Counted from the first letter of the stretch, positions 19,933-30,820 are shown. The stretch: 64,000 bases of DNA from an uncultured Chloroflexia bacterium (GCA_963774265.1 CAVZDU010000006.1:224001-288000); one strand, 5' to 3'. Translations and numbers: made by a program. Notes: generated from the sequence alone by a model not told the origin.

Positions 19933-21333
19933 ATGTCTGAAACACTGCCCTTGTGCACCGAAATGGAACTTGCGCCTGATCTGCGTGATGAAGCCCGCCG
20001 GCGCGCTTACCAGGAAAACGCCAAAAACCGCTCCTTCCCAGGGCGCCCACACACTCGCTACTGGCGGAGGGAGGCGCTGCTGAGGGTTCGCTTTCTCGAC
20101 GGCGATCCGTCCTTGCAGCAGCGTGTTGAACAGGCCGCGATGGCATGGTCGCGTTATGCCAACATCACCTTTGCGTTCGGCGACGCAAGCGATGCTGAGA
20201 TACGGATCACGTTCGCCGCGCCCGAGCTCTGGAGTTACGTGGGAACCGACACCCTGCTCGTACCTGCCGGCCAGCCGACCATGTGCCTGGGCGCCTTGAC
20301 GCCAAAGGCGGATGATCAAGCGGTTCGGATCTGCGTACTTCATGCGTTCGGACATGTGCTGGGGTTGACCCATGAGCACCAGGACGCCGCCGGCTGGAGC
20401 GATGAACCCTCCGATGCCGACGCGGAGGTCGCCGGAAAGGTTTATCCCTTCTACAGGTCGGCCCGACCCCCGGCACCACCTCCGCCTGCGCCAAAGGATC
20501 CCGTTGCCGACGTTGGGACCGGCAGCTATGAAGCCTTCAGCATGGGTGGTCCTGGCGTAACTGACGAGGCAGCGCTCAGTGAAGAACGCATCCGCCTCGA
20601 CGTCGCACATCCGGCGGAGGTGTTCGTTGACGAACCGTTCGACCTGGCTGTGGCGGTCCGCCAGCCCGATGCGCCTGTGCTCGCCATCGATGATCTGCCC
20701 AAGGTCCTTTCTGAGGAAGGGTCCGTGTTCCGGCCTGCCGGTGAGGCAATCATCAAGTACCGGATCGAGGTGACAGGGACCGACTGCACGGTAGAGCCAT
20801 CGCACTACGAGATTCTGCTGCGCAAAGACGCCAACTCTCCGCCCCGGTATTTCCAGGTGACCGCCCACAAGCCCGGCCAGCAGTCAATCATCGTCAATGC
20901 GTACCAGGCGGACGAAGCACTGGCCGCACAGACCCGGGTGCGTATCAAGGTGCAGCTTCCTGTCCAGACGCCCACACGCCTTACCGTCACTGAACCGACT
21001 TCACTCATTTCGGAGGTTACTGCCGGTCAAGCTATTGATCTGCTCAAGGGACTGAAAGGACAGTTGATCGACGAACTGATCAGGCTGCCCGTCACGGAAT
21101 CCAATCTCGGGCGCTCCAGCCTGCTGGACGGCATTCCCGGAGCCGATACGTTGAATCGAGATGCAAATATCCGGCGGCTGGACCTGGACCTGATCGTCAC
21201 GCAATTGGCCCAACGCGGACGCCTGGCCAACGGCGAGATGGCTGTCGTGAAGCTGATCGACAATGCACTGCCCTACGCAAGTGGATTCGAGGGCGAAGGG
21301 AAGCTGCGGGCGATACGGCAGCAGCTATCGTAG
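19933..21333 (+). CDS. Inactive astacin/matrixin-like metallopeptidase + Pro linker + beta-sandwich + C-terminal EAD
   Basis: AEIRITF, WSYVGTD, HAFGHVLGLTHEHQ (Glu replaced by Ala); C-terminal LIDELIRLP..GRSSLL..RLDL..GRLANG..LIDNA. Confidence 0.75.
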   Translation: MSETLPLCTEMELAPDLRDEARRRAYQENAKNRSFPGRPHTRYWRREALLRVRFLDGDPSLQQRVEQAAMAWSRYANITFAFGDASDAEIRITFAAPELWSYVGTDTLLVPAGQPTMCLGALTPKADDQAVRICVLHAFGHVLGLTHEHQDAAGWSDEPSDADAEVAGKVYPFYRSARPPAPPPPAPKDPVADVGTGSYEAFSMGGPGVTDEAALSEERIRLDVAHPAEVFVDEPFDLAVAVRQPDAPVLAIDDLPKVLSEEGSVFRPAGEAIIKYRIEVTGTDCTVEPSHYEILLRKDANSPPRYFQVTAHKPGQQSIIVNAYQADEALAAQTRVRIKVQLPVQTPTRLTVTEPTSLISEVTAGQAIDLLKGLKGQLIDELIRLPVTESNLGRSSLLDGIPGADTLNRDANIRRLDLDLIVTQLAQRGRLANGEMAVVKLIDNALPYASGFEGEGKLRAIRQQLS

Positions 21334-21382
21334 CAATCTGATCGTTCCCGGCGCATCAATCGGCGCCGAAAGGAGGCAAGCC

Positions 21383-22525
21383 ATGGAGTTTATTGAAATT
21401 CAGCGCAAGCTGGTTGACACCTTGCTCAAGATTCCGGCCATGGAGACACCATCAGGCAGAACGAGCCTCTTGGATGGACTGCCTGACCCGGGCTTGATTC
21501 GCGACCAGAGCATCCCCCGTCTCGATCTGAACCGCATGGTCGGGGGGCTTCAAAAGCTGGGCCGGCTCACCGACCAGGGCGGCACTCGCCCGCTGATCGT
21601 CGTGGTGGACAATGCCCTGGCGTATGTTCCGTCCGGGAGTGAAGTCGCCCAGGTGCTCAACGATGTCAAACGCCTCCTGGCCGAATACTACGGCGGCGAT
21701 GTCCAAGGGGCGGTCGAGACGGTGCAGCAGGACCTGGAGGCGCTGGTCTTCGGCCGGCAGCGCGACAACCGCCTGGCCTACGCCTTTGCTGAGGGCGCGC
21801 TGCGCACGGCCCGCAGCGTGACGCGCTTGAGCGTGCCGCGCATCATCAACGGCTTCCTGCAGCCGGGTGTCGGCTATGGTACAGGCTGGCTGATCGCCCC
21901 AGGGGTCGTTATAACCAATCATCACGTGATCGAGAACCGGGATCTCCGTGGGGGAGAGGCGCCGGCCATCGCTGAAGACTTCAAGGTGCAGGCAGAGTCA
22001 GTGGAGGCGTGGTTCGACTACTACCGGGAAATCGGCGGCGACCCCAAAAAGTGCCGCGGCGCGCAGTTGCTCGCCAGCAACAGGCAGCTGGACTATGCGG
22101 TCATCCAACTAACTGAGGCAGACAAAGTCGCCGACCGCAAGGCGCTTCCTGTCGTCCCTCAACCGCCTACACTGATGCGGGGCGCTCGCATGAACCTGGT
22201 GCAGCACTCTCGCGGCGGCGCGCTGCAATATGCCATCCGCAACAACTTCTTCGTCCGCTTGGGAGATGCTCCGCAGTTCATCCGCTACCAGACCGACAGC
22301 GAGCCCGGCGCATCCGGCTCGCCCGTCTGCAACGACATCTGGCAGGTGGTCGGCCTGCACCACGCCAGCACCGCGGTGCCGCAGGAGCAAGTTCCGCAGG
22401 AAGTGATCGACGGCCAACCCGTGGCGGTGACCATCCTGAACGAGGCGATCGCGATTCACTCAGTTCTGAACGATCTGCCAGCGGATGTCAAACAACGGAT
22501 AACGGACGCGCAAGCCAATCCGTAG
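21383..22525 (+). CDS. EAD-fused trypsin-like (V8-type) serine protease
   Basis: N-terminal shared EAD; intact triad TNHHV, LDYAV, PGASGSPV; AGGAGG RBS. Confidence 0.88.
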   Translation: MEFIEIQRKLVDTLLKIPAMETPSGRTSLLDGLPDPGLIRDQSIPRLDLNRMVGGLQKLGRLTDQGGTRPLIVVVDNALAYVPSGSEVAQVLNDVKRLLAEYYGGDVQGAVETVQQDLEALVFGRQRDNRLAYAFAEGALRTARSVTRLSVPRIINGFLQPGVGYGTGWLIAPGVVITNHHVIENRDLRGGEAPAIAEDFKVQAESVEAWFDYYREIGGDPKKCRGAQLLASNRQLDYAVIQLTEADKVADRKALPVVPQPPTLMRGARMNLVQHSRGGALQYAIRNNFFVRLGDAPQFIRYQTDSEPGASGSPVCNDIWQVVGLHHASTAVPQEQVPQEVIDGQPVAVTILNEAIAIHSVLNDLPADVKQRITDAQANP

Positions 22526-22547
22526 CGGGCAGGCGCACGATGCTGCC

Positions 22548-22607
22548 TGCGAACGGGGCCGTAGTGGGCGCAATGGCGAATGCGCGTCAACTACGGCCCC
22601 GTTCGCA
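22548..22607. repeat. Long inverted repeat / hairpin after the EAD operon
   Basis: TGCGAACGGGGCCGTAGT (22548-22565) pairs perfectly with 22590-22607. Confidence 0.85.
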
Positions 22608-22666
22608 AGTGTGGTATCATGCACGGTCGGACCAACCCAGCCATCTCCAAATAGGGAGTCACGTGC

Positions 22667-23371
22667 ATGACCGATGCAATCCGAGCCATTCTTTTCGATC
22701 TCGACGGCACGCTGCTCGACAGCAGCATGGACAAGTTCCTGCCGGTTTATCTTAAGGCGCTGGCCGGCCGGGTGGCGCATCTTTTCGAGCCGAAGGTCTT
22801 CATCGCACATTTGCTGGACGCGACCGAACAGATGATCGCGAACGACGGCCGCGCGACCAACGCCGAGGTGTTCGCCCAGGCCTTTTATCCGTTCGGCGGC
22901 CACAGCCGGGCGGAACTGGAGCCAATCTTCGATGCTTTCTATGCCGAGGATTTTCCGAAGCTCCAGGCCGTGACCCGGCGCAAACCCGAGGCGCGGCACG
23001 TCGTCCAGCTCGCGATTGCGCTGGGTTATGACGTTGCAGTCGTCACCAATCCGCTCTTCCCCGAGACCGCGATCCGCCAGAGGATGCAGTGGGCCGGAGT
23101 AGACGACTTACCATTCAAGTGGGTGACGACCTACGAGAACAGCCGCTATGCCAAGCCGAACTTGCGCTACTTCGACGATGCCTGTTCGCACGTAGGCCAT
23201 GCGCCGGAGAATTGCCTGGTCGTCGGGGATGAGCACATAGACATGGTGGCCAGGCACATCGGGTGCGAGACTTTCCTGGTCGAAGGTCCGGCGACCGCGC
23301 TGAAGCCTGAGACGCCCGAACCGACGCATCGCGGGACACTGGCCGATCTCATGGGCTTACTGGAACGATGA
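22667..23371 (+). CDS. HAD-family hydrolase
   Basis: FDLDGT, VTN, KP, VVGD motifs; extended -10 TGGTATCAT at 22612-22620. Confidence 0.9.
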   Translation: MTDAIRAILFDLDGTLLDSSMDKFLPVYLKALAGRVAHLFEPKVFIAHLLDATEQMIANDGRATNAEVFAQAFYPFGGHSRAELEPIFDAFYAEDFPKLQAVTRRKPEARHVVQLAIALGYDVAVVTNPLFPETAIRQRMQWAGVDDLPFKWVTTYENSRYAKPNLRYFDDACSHVGHAPENCLVVGDEHIDMVARHIGCETFLVEGPATALKPETPEPTHRGTLADLMGLLER

Positions 23372-23426
23372 GACTGGCGGCGAGCGCGCGCTTGAAGCTC
23401 GCCGGCCGGGGAGAAAGCAGCTTCTT

Positions 23427-25314
23427 ATGTTCCGCGAGAATGCGTATTACGGCGAAGTGGGTGTGCTGCACCCGCACGACATCCGCTACGACGCGGGCAA
23501 CCGCGCGTTTTGCAGCCCCCTGCGCGATGGGGGTGTCCGGTTTCGACTGTGGACGGAACCGGGGATGCGTGCAGCGGTCCTGGTGTATAACGACGGCGAA
23601 GTGCGCGCTGCGGAGATGACGCGCACCGCGAGTGACCGCCGCTTCGCGTATTGGGAGGTCGTCATCCACCCCACGGCGGGGCGGTTTACCTACTCCTTCG
23701 CGTTGCGCACAAAAGAAGGCAGGCCGGTCTACTTCACCGAGCACGGCATCGACCACACCGCCGAGGTGATGGACCGCTGGGAGCTCAATCTCGACGCGGC
23801 GCCACCCCACGAGATCCCGACGTGGGCGCAGGGTGCAGTGATCTACCAGATTTTCCCCGAGCGGTTCCGCAACGGCGATGGGGCGAACGATCCGCCGGGG
23901 GTCGTGCCGTGGGGTACGGCGCCGCGCTGGCGGGACTTTCAGGGCGGCGACCTGGCCGGGATCGCAGAGAAGGCGGACTACCTGCACGACCTGGGTGTGG
24001 ACCTGGTCTACCTGACGCCGATCTTCGCCAGCCCCTCGACGCACAAATACGACTGCATGGACTTCCTGCACGTCGATCCCCATTTCGGCGGGGATGACGC
24101 CTTGCGCAAACTGGTCGACGCGTTGCACAGCCGGGGGATGCGGATTATGCTCGACGCGTCGTTCAATCATTGCAGTCCTCGTTTCTTCGCGTTTCAGGAC
24201 CTGCTCCAGAACGGCTCCGCGTCGCGCTACCACGACTGGTTCACCGTGCGCGAGTGGCCCGTGCGCGTCAAATATCGGCCCCATCTCGCGCCGGACTTCT
24301 CGGGCGATCCCACCCGCGAGGCGTACACCGCGTGGCGTCTTGAACTCCCGAAACGCACCGGCGTGCCCGTGGTGGAGGTGGCGGACAGCAACGGCCCGTT
24401 CCTCGATCCGACCTACCTGGCGTGGATGGGCGTGCTGGATATGCCTAAGCTAAACCAGCATAACCCCGAAACGCGGCAGTACTTCCTGAACGTGGCGCAA
24501 CACTGGCTCCGCGAGTTCCACATCGACGGCTGGCGCATGGATGTGGCGCGGCATGTCACGTCCGATTTCTGGCTGGATTTCCGCGGCAGCTTGCCACGCG
24601 GTCCGGCCCGATGCGTACCTGGTGGCAGAGATCTGGGGGGACACCTCGCGCTGGCTGCAGGGCGACCGCTTCGACGCGACGATGAACTACTTCTTCCGTG
24701 ATCTGTGCTTGGGGTGGTTCGCGCGGGACGACCTGGACACCGCCGGCTTCCTGGACGGCGTGCAGCAAATGCTGGTGATGTACTCGGCCGAGGTGACGTC
24801 GGTCAACCACAACCTGTTCTCCTCGCACGATGTGCCGCGCTTCCGCCATGAGGCAAGGGAGGACGCGGCTCGGTTGCGACTGGCGACGATTTTCCAGCTC
24901 ACGCTTCCCGGCGCGGCCGGCCTATACTACGGCGACGAGATCGGGATGACGGGCGGCGATGACCCGGACTGCCGCCGCGCATTCCCCTGGGACGCCCCGG
25001 AGACGTGGGATCGGGAAATGCTACAAACGGTGCGAGCCTTGACGCGGCTGCGCAAGGCACAGGCTGCGCTGCGGCTGGGCGATTGGCGCGCGGTGTGGCA
25101 GAAGAAGGACGCGTTCGCGTTCGTGCGGGAGCGCAATGGGGAGCGCGTGATGGTGGTGGTCAATCGCGGGGAAGCGATCGGACGGCTGGTCCTGCCGGTG
25201 CAGGCCGGCAATGCGAGGGTGCTGTTCGGACAGGCTGGGGTGATGGCGGACGCGAACGGCGTCGTCGTAACTGGCGTGCCAACCCTGGACGGAGCCGTAA
25301 TCCGACTTTGGTGA
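23427..25314 (+). CDS. GH13 neopullulanase/cyclomaltodextrinase (one frameshift near 24585)
   Basis: YQIFPERF, FNH, DGWRMDVA, AEIW, SSHD, YYGDE motifs across two frames. Confidence 0.88.
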
Positions 25315-25316
25315 CT

Positions 25317-25350
25317 GATAGGGGCAGCGCAAGTGTGTGCCGCCCCTATC
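25317..25350. terminator. REP-like hairpin between convergent genes
   Basis: GATAGGGGC...GCCCCTATC stem. Confidence 0.6.
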
Positions 25351-25363
25351 GGTCCGGACGCCG

Positions 25364-25780
25364 TCAGCCCTTCTTCGCAAATGTGCGAAGCGTCTTCAGC
25401 ACCCAGAAGATGACCCACCCGATGAAGAGCATGCCTGCCATGCTCCTCTTCATGGGGTCGACGAGCGGCTCCCAGGCCGCACCGCTCTGGTCGATGCGGA
25501 TGTAGCCCATCGGCCGCGCCAGGCCGCCGCCACCCCCGCCACCGCCTTCACCGGTCTTTGCCTCAGCGTCCGCCGCGCCTTCCTCAGCGCCGGCCCCCTT
25601 CGGGCCGCGGCCCCAGCCCTGCCCGCTGCCGAAGCCGTAGCCCACGGTCGCCACGGGGATCAAGGTTACGTCGCCTTGCTGAGTCGGCTCGCCGAACGCG
25701 GCCGACACGTTCAGACGTTGAATCATCTCTTCGATCTGCGCGCTGGCTTTGGCGTGTGCCTCGCGGATTTGCTCTTCCAT
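25364..25780 (-). CDS. GerW/YtfJ family protein
   Basis: FGEP...TLIPVA.VGYGFGSG...GGGGGGG..RPMGYI. Confidence 0.8.
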   Translation of the reverse strand: MEEQIREAHAKASAQIEEMIQRLNVSAAFGEPTQQGDVTLIPVATVGYGFGSGQGWGRGPKGAGAEEGAADAEAKTGEGGGGGGGGLARPMGYIRIDQSGAAWEPLVDPMKRSMAGMLFIGWVIFWVLKTLRTFAKKG

Positions 25781-25791
25781 TAATGCGCCTC

Positions 25792-26112
25792 CTATTGGAA
25801 CAACTTACGTGCGATTGGGATGACCAGGCAGACAGCGGCGACGACGAGCGCGATCATGCTCATCGCGGCCACGGCCCGCGCGTTCACGTCGGTGAGCTCG
25901 ATTTCCTCGGTGCGGCCGTACGAATCCCGCACGCTGATTTTGACGGGCGTCAGCTTGAGCAAGGCATATCCGAATTGATGTCCTTCACCCCCGCTGGTCC
26001 CCCACCGGCCCTGTAGGCGTGCAAACGGGGTCACGTCATGGCGCCCCGCGCTGATTGTATCGCCGATCAGCTCTCGATCGATCCGTTCGTTGGTGCTAAA
26101 AGGCTCTTCCAT
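25792..26112 (-). CDS. Small membrane-anchored hypothetical protein
   Basis: Beta-rich N-terminus with a C-terminal TM helix; GGAGG RBS. Confidence 0.6.
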   Translation of the reverse strand: MEEPFSTNERIDRELIGDTISAGRHDVTPFARLQGRWGTSGGEGHQFGYALLKLTPVKISVRDSYGRTEEIELTDVNARAVAAMSMIALVVAAVCLVIPIARKLFQ

Positions 26113-26122
26113 CAGCCCTCCC

Positions 26123-27440
26123 CTAGATTACCTGCGTCTTCACCTGTCCGCGCAGGAGCGCCAGCAGTCGCCCTTGGTCGCAGTACGGCAGGATCTGCGC
26201 TGCGCGTTGCAGCCGTCCCCGCCGCATGTATGCCAGGAGCTCTTCCTCCAGCCACGGCACGCGGATCGTGATGCCTTCCAGTTTCACCGTAGTTTCTGTG
26301 AGAGAAACCGTCGGCGCCCAAGCGTCGCCTTCCCGCCGATGCAGGTCGCCCATGATCTCCACATCGACGCCCTCGAAATTGAACCGCGCAAAATGTGACC
26401 GATATACGCCGTTGTCGCTCTGCGTCACCGGCCCGAGGAGGTGCGCGCCGAACAACTCGGCGCAGCGATATACCCCCGCAGCATCTGTCTCGATGTCGAT
26501 GTCCTTCACCTTCAGGGGCACACCGTGGAGCGTCGCGGATGCGCCGGCGATGACCTTGCAGGGAATGCCCGCTTCATCCATCCGCCGCACGACCTGGACC
26601 AGCACGCTACGCCACGCCGGATTGTGGGCCACGACCAGCAGATGCTCGACCGCACCCCGCAGTGTCCCTTCGTGCGCCGCACGCCAGTTCGCCTCCAGCC
26701 ACCAGTCCCAGGCCGGTCCGGTCAGCGCATTGACGCCGCCATCCTCGATGACGCTCACCAACCCCTCGACCGCCAAGATCTGGTCGATCTCCAACCCAGC
26801 GCGACGCACCAATGGCTCGACCTCGTCCGGGTGGGCGAAGTAAGCCACGAAACCCCCACCCTCGCCCGGCGGCAACTGGCCGGTCTGCTCGATGGTTTCG
26901 TAGAGGCCGGGCAGCGTGAGCGGCTCCGTGATGTAGTGCACGGCCGCGTTCGCGATGCGCGGCGTAACGGGTAATAAACGCGGCGAACAGCGGACCGCCT
27001 GGCTTTAGCACCCGCCGCGCCTCCGACAACGCCCGGATGCGCTCCTCCTCATCAAGCAGATGATAGAGCGGTCCCATGAGGAGCACAGCATCGAAGCTGT
27101 CCTCCACGTAGCGGGACAGGTCCAACGCGGTCCCTTGCTCGATCGCGGCGAGGGCAACGCCTGCCTCCACCGCCTTCTCTCGCGCCAACGCCAGATTGCC
27201 CGCGGACAGGTCGAACAACGTCACCTCGTAGCCCAGCCGCGCCAGTTCAATGGCGTAATACCCTGGTCCACCCCCACAGTCGAGCACGCGGCTCGGGGCC
27301 GGCGGCAGGTGTTGCGCCAGGGCGCGCAGGGTGATCGCGAATTCGGTCCGATGCCGCTCAGCCCGCTCCCACTCGCGCTGCGGGTTGCTATCGTATAGCT
27401 GTTCGACTGCGGCTCGGGTTGCCGCCCGATCTGTCAACAT
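26123..27440 (-). CDS. Class I methyltransferase fused to a Pol-beta-type nucleotidyltransferase (frameshift near 26950)
   Basis: LDCGGGPG and MGPLYHL (MTase); C-terminal IAGASATLHG..KDIDIETD (NTase). Confidence 0.75.
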
Positions 27441-27525
27441 GAGTCACACCGTCGATCCAGGTTCGTCTCCGTGTTCCTTGCGAAGCATCCCTGTGGGACA
27501 CAGTGGTGAATCCTGCTCCCTGCCT

Positions 27526-27873
27526 TTACGCCCTCTCGACAACCGCCGCAGTGCCGTAGGCCAGCACCTCGGTCATGCTTTCGCCCATCTCGGTCGCGTC
27601 GTAGCGCACGGCGATGATGGCATTCGCGCCCTTCTCCGCTGCGTGCTGCATCATCAGGTCGAAAGCTTCTTCGCGCGCCTCCTCACAAACCGTGACGTAC
27701 TCGTGAATCTTGCCGCCCACCATGCTGCGCAGCCCCGCGGCGACCTGGCCTGCCAGCCCGCGCGAGCGGACGGTTATCCCGCGCACCACGCCCAGGCTGC
27801 GCACGACACGATAGCCGTGCAGTTCGTTAGCGGTTGTCGTCATGCTGATGTCCATCGGAAGGTTGCCTTTCAT
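27526..27873 (-). CDS. ybjQ: YbjQ/UPF0145 family protein
   Basis: GVVRGITVRSR, GANAIIAVRYD, EVLAYGTA. Confidence 0.9.
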   Translation of the reverse strand: MKGNLPMDISMTTTANELHGYRVVRSLGVVRGITVRSRGLAGQVAAGLRSMVGGKIHEYVTVCEEAREEAFDLMMQHAAEKGANAIIAVRYDATEMGESMTEVLAYGTAAVVERA

Positions 27874-27876
27874 GCT

Positions 27877-28881
27877 TCAGTTGGCCGTGTTCGATGCATC
27901 GAAACGCCGCAAATCTTCCGTGTGCTCGCGGTCGTGGTCGATGGCCATGTAGAACCAGTTATAGGGCGTGCCCCCAAGCGGGCCTTCGAACGCGGTGTTA
28001 AGCGCTTCATCGTCGAGAGTCCGCAGGAGGGCCAGCAGCTCGCGACGCGCTGCCAGGAAGTCGCCCCACGTCTTCTCCCACGATTCGCCCAGGCGGGCCG
28101 CGGCCTTCTCCGCGTTCCACCGGTCGAGGTTCCAGTCGGATTCGGCCGCGGGTTCTTCGCGGGCCAGTATCGCGCGGATGAACACCAGCGCCTGCAACTC
28201 CCAGTCCGTCACATGGCCGATGAGATCCTTGAGCGTCCATGTGCCGGCGATCGGCCGCGTCTCCTGTTCCTGAGGGGGCACGAACGCCATGTGCGCCAGC
28301 AGCGCCTCGCGGCGCGCATTAAGTGCTGCGGCGAGGACCGAACCGGGTCCGGATGTGTGCCATGTGTCCTGCGCGGCCTCGCCCAGCGTGGTCCGCCACT
28401 CCCGGAGGTGGCTGGCGTGCTCCGCGTCGTGTTTGATGCAGATCTCGATCCAGCGCGCGGCGGTCGGCTGCCCCCATGGAACGCCGATGACTGCGTGCAG
28501 GGCCCCAGGGGGGATGTCGTTGAACGCCGCAAGCAGTTCCGCGCGGCCCGTGGTGAGCGCAGCGAGCGAGCGGTCTAGGGTCCAAACGCGCCGCTCCTGG
28601 CTGGTACGCGCGTTGCGCTCGTCCACATCGACGGGCTGAATCGCTGCGCCCCGGCCCGCGAGCACCTCCTCCAACCGCATCGCAAAGAACTCATCCCAAC
28701 TGGCGATGTGGGTCAGAATGTTGGCTGCGGTCGAGTCATCGAAGACGGGCTGCGTAGTCAGCGTCTCCGCGGGGAGGCCGGTAAGCTGTTCGAGTAGTTC
28801 CGCGCGACCGAGGAGCAGCCGCGCGACCAAACGCATCCGATCGGCCGCGAGGATTTCAAGGTTTGTATCGGTATGTGACAT
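27877..28881 (-). CDS. Tandem DinB-domain protein
   Basis: Two H..W motifs, each paired with HDxEH. Confidence 0.85.
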   Translation of the reverse strand: MSHTDTNLEILAADRMRLVARLLLGRAELLEQLTGLPAETLTTQPVFDDSTAANILTHIASWDEFFAMRLEEVLAGRGAAIQPVDVDERNARTSQERRVWTLDRSLAALTTGRAELLAAFNDIPPGALHAVIGVPWGQPTAARWIEICIKHDAEHASHLREWRTTLGEAAQDTWHTSGPGSVLAAALNARREALLAHMAFVPPQEQETRPIAGTWTLKDLIGHVTDWELQALVFIRAILAREEPAAESDWNLDRWNAEKAAARLGESWEKTWGDFLAARRELLALLRTLDDEALNTAFEGPLGGTPYNWFYMAIDHDREHTEDLRRFDASNTAN

Positions 28882-28980
28882 GGGAGACGATCCTCCTTAA
28901 ACAATACGCAGGGCAGGCGGTTTGTGTTGCGGGGCTGGATCACCCAAGCACGGAGATGCGCGAAGGCGCCGAGCAGCGAC

Positions 28981-29857
28981 TCAACGCCCACCCATGCCGC
29001 TGAGCGTAATCCCCTGGACGAAGGTCTTCTGTGCGAGGAGGTAGATTACGAGGACCGGCAGCAGCGCGAGCACCGAGCCGGCCATCAGCAGGTTCCACGC
29101 CGTGCTGTACTGGCCGACGAAGTAGGAGAGGCCAATGGGGATGGTGCGCATCTGCTCGGAGCCGGTGACGACCAGCGGCCACAGGAAGTCGTTCCAGGTG
29201 GCCTGGAAAGTGAAGATGGCGAGCGCCGCCATCACCGGCCAGCTGAGCGGCACGATGATCTGCCACCAGATGCGCAGGCTGGACGCGCCGTCCATCCGCG
29301 CCGCCTCGTCCAGGTCGAGCGGGAATGCCGCGGTAGTATTGGCGCAGCAGGAATGTGCTCGAGCGCGCTGAAAAGGCCGGGGACGATCAGCGCCAGATAG
29401 CGTGTCGTACCAGCCCAGGTTCTTGATGATGAGGAAGTTGGGGATCAGCGTCACCTGCGACGGGATCATGAGCGTGGCCAGGTAGAGCAGGAAGATGCGC
29501 CTCGCGGCCGCGGAAACGCAGCCGGGCAAACGCGAACGCGGCCAGCGACGAAATGAGGAGTCTGCAGCACAGTCACGGTGACGGTGACGATGGTGCTGTT
29601 CAGGAAGTAGCGGCCGAAGGGGATCACCCGGAACGTCTCGAAGTAGTTGTTGAGCGTGATCTGGTTGAGCGGAAAGCGGCGCGACAGCAACGCCTCATTC
29701 GGCCACAGCGAGACAGCATAATGAACGCCAGCATGATACTGCCGAGACGGCGCAAAGCGATGATGGCAGGCTGCCGAGAAGTTCGACGCGACGGCGTACT
29801 AGCACGATCCGTCTGCGACCGGCACGTTCACGCGCAGCGCGCGTCACTCTGTTTCAT
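28981..29857 (-). CDS. Carbohydrate ABC permease (MalG-like), frameshifted
   Basis: DEAARMDGAS EAA loop, WNDFLWPL, YFLNS. Confidence 0.85.
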
Positions 29858-30793
29858 AGTGCACCCACCGCCGCTGCATGACGGTTCTGGATCAAGCGTA
29901 AAGCCGAAGATGAAGATGAACAGGAACCAGGCGATGGCCGACGCCTTGCCCATGCGGGTGTAGCGGAAGGCGTTGTCGATAGATGTATTGCACGACCGGC
30001 ATGGATGACTGCGCCGGGCCGCCGTTCGTCATGACGAATGGCTCGGTGAAGAGCTGGAACGCGCCGATGGTCTGGAGGATGAACAGGAAAAAGGTCGTCG
30101 GGCTGATCATCGGCACGGTCACGTTGCGAAAGCGCTGCCAGGCGCCTGGCGCCGTCCACGTGCGCGGCATCGTACAGTTCCGGGGCACGCCCTGCAGCGC
30201 GGCCAGGTAGACGACCATGGTGAACCCGGTGTTCTTCCACAGCGTCAGGAGCACGACCGACCACTTGGAGTACCGGGTGCTGCCGAGCAAATCGGGCAGG
30301 CTCAAAGGCAAACCAAGCAGCCCGCCAAACCACGAGACCGCATCTGCCAGCGGCCCGTTGCGGGCGAGCAGCGATGCGGAACACGATCGCGCCGGCGACG
30401 ATGGTGGTGACGACGGGCAGGAAGTAGACCAGCCGGAAGAAATTCAGTCCCGCGGATCGCCTGGTTCAACGCAACGCCATCACCAGCCCCAGGGCAAGCT
30501 GCAGGGGCACGATGGTGACGATATAGAACACGGTGTTGCTGCAGGTCCGCCAGAAGACCGGGTCGCGCAGCAGCTCGCGGTAGTTGGCAAGTCCCGCGAA
30601 GCCCTTCGGGCCGGTCAGGCCCCAATCCAGGAAGCTGATGCTCAAGCGACGCGCCGACGGCCAGGAAGACGAAGAGCAGGAAGCCGAGCAGGCTGGGAAG
30701 GATGAACAGATAGCGCCTCCCATTGCTGGTCGGGGCGCCAGCGAAAGGGGTTGCGCCGGGAGGCTGCGGCAGGAATCGGTATGGTGTTGTCAT
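29844..30793 (-). CDS. Carbohydrate ABC permease (MalF-like), frameshifted
   Basis: GLANY, YLAALQGVP, PMISPTTFF, TNGGP; ends RWVHYETE. Confidence 0.82.
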
Positions 30794-30820
30794 GGCGATG
30801 TATTGCGATGATCAAGTGAC

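Noticed and set aside
25364-25780. GerW/YtfJ protein as evidence of sporulation
   Set aside because: The family is widespread in non-sporulating taxa.
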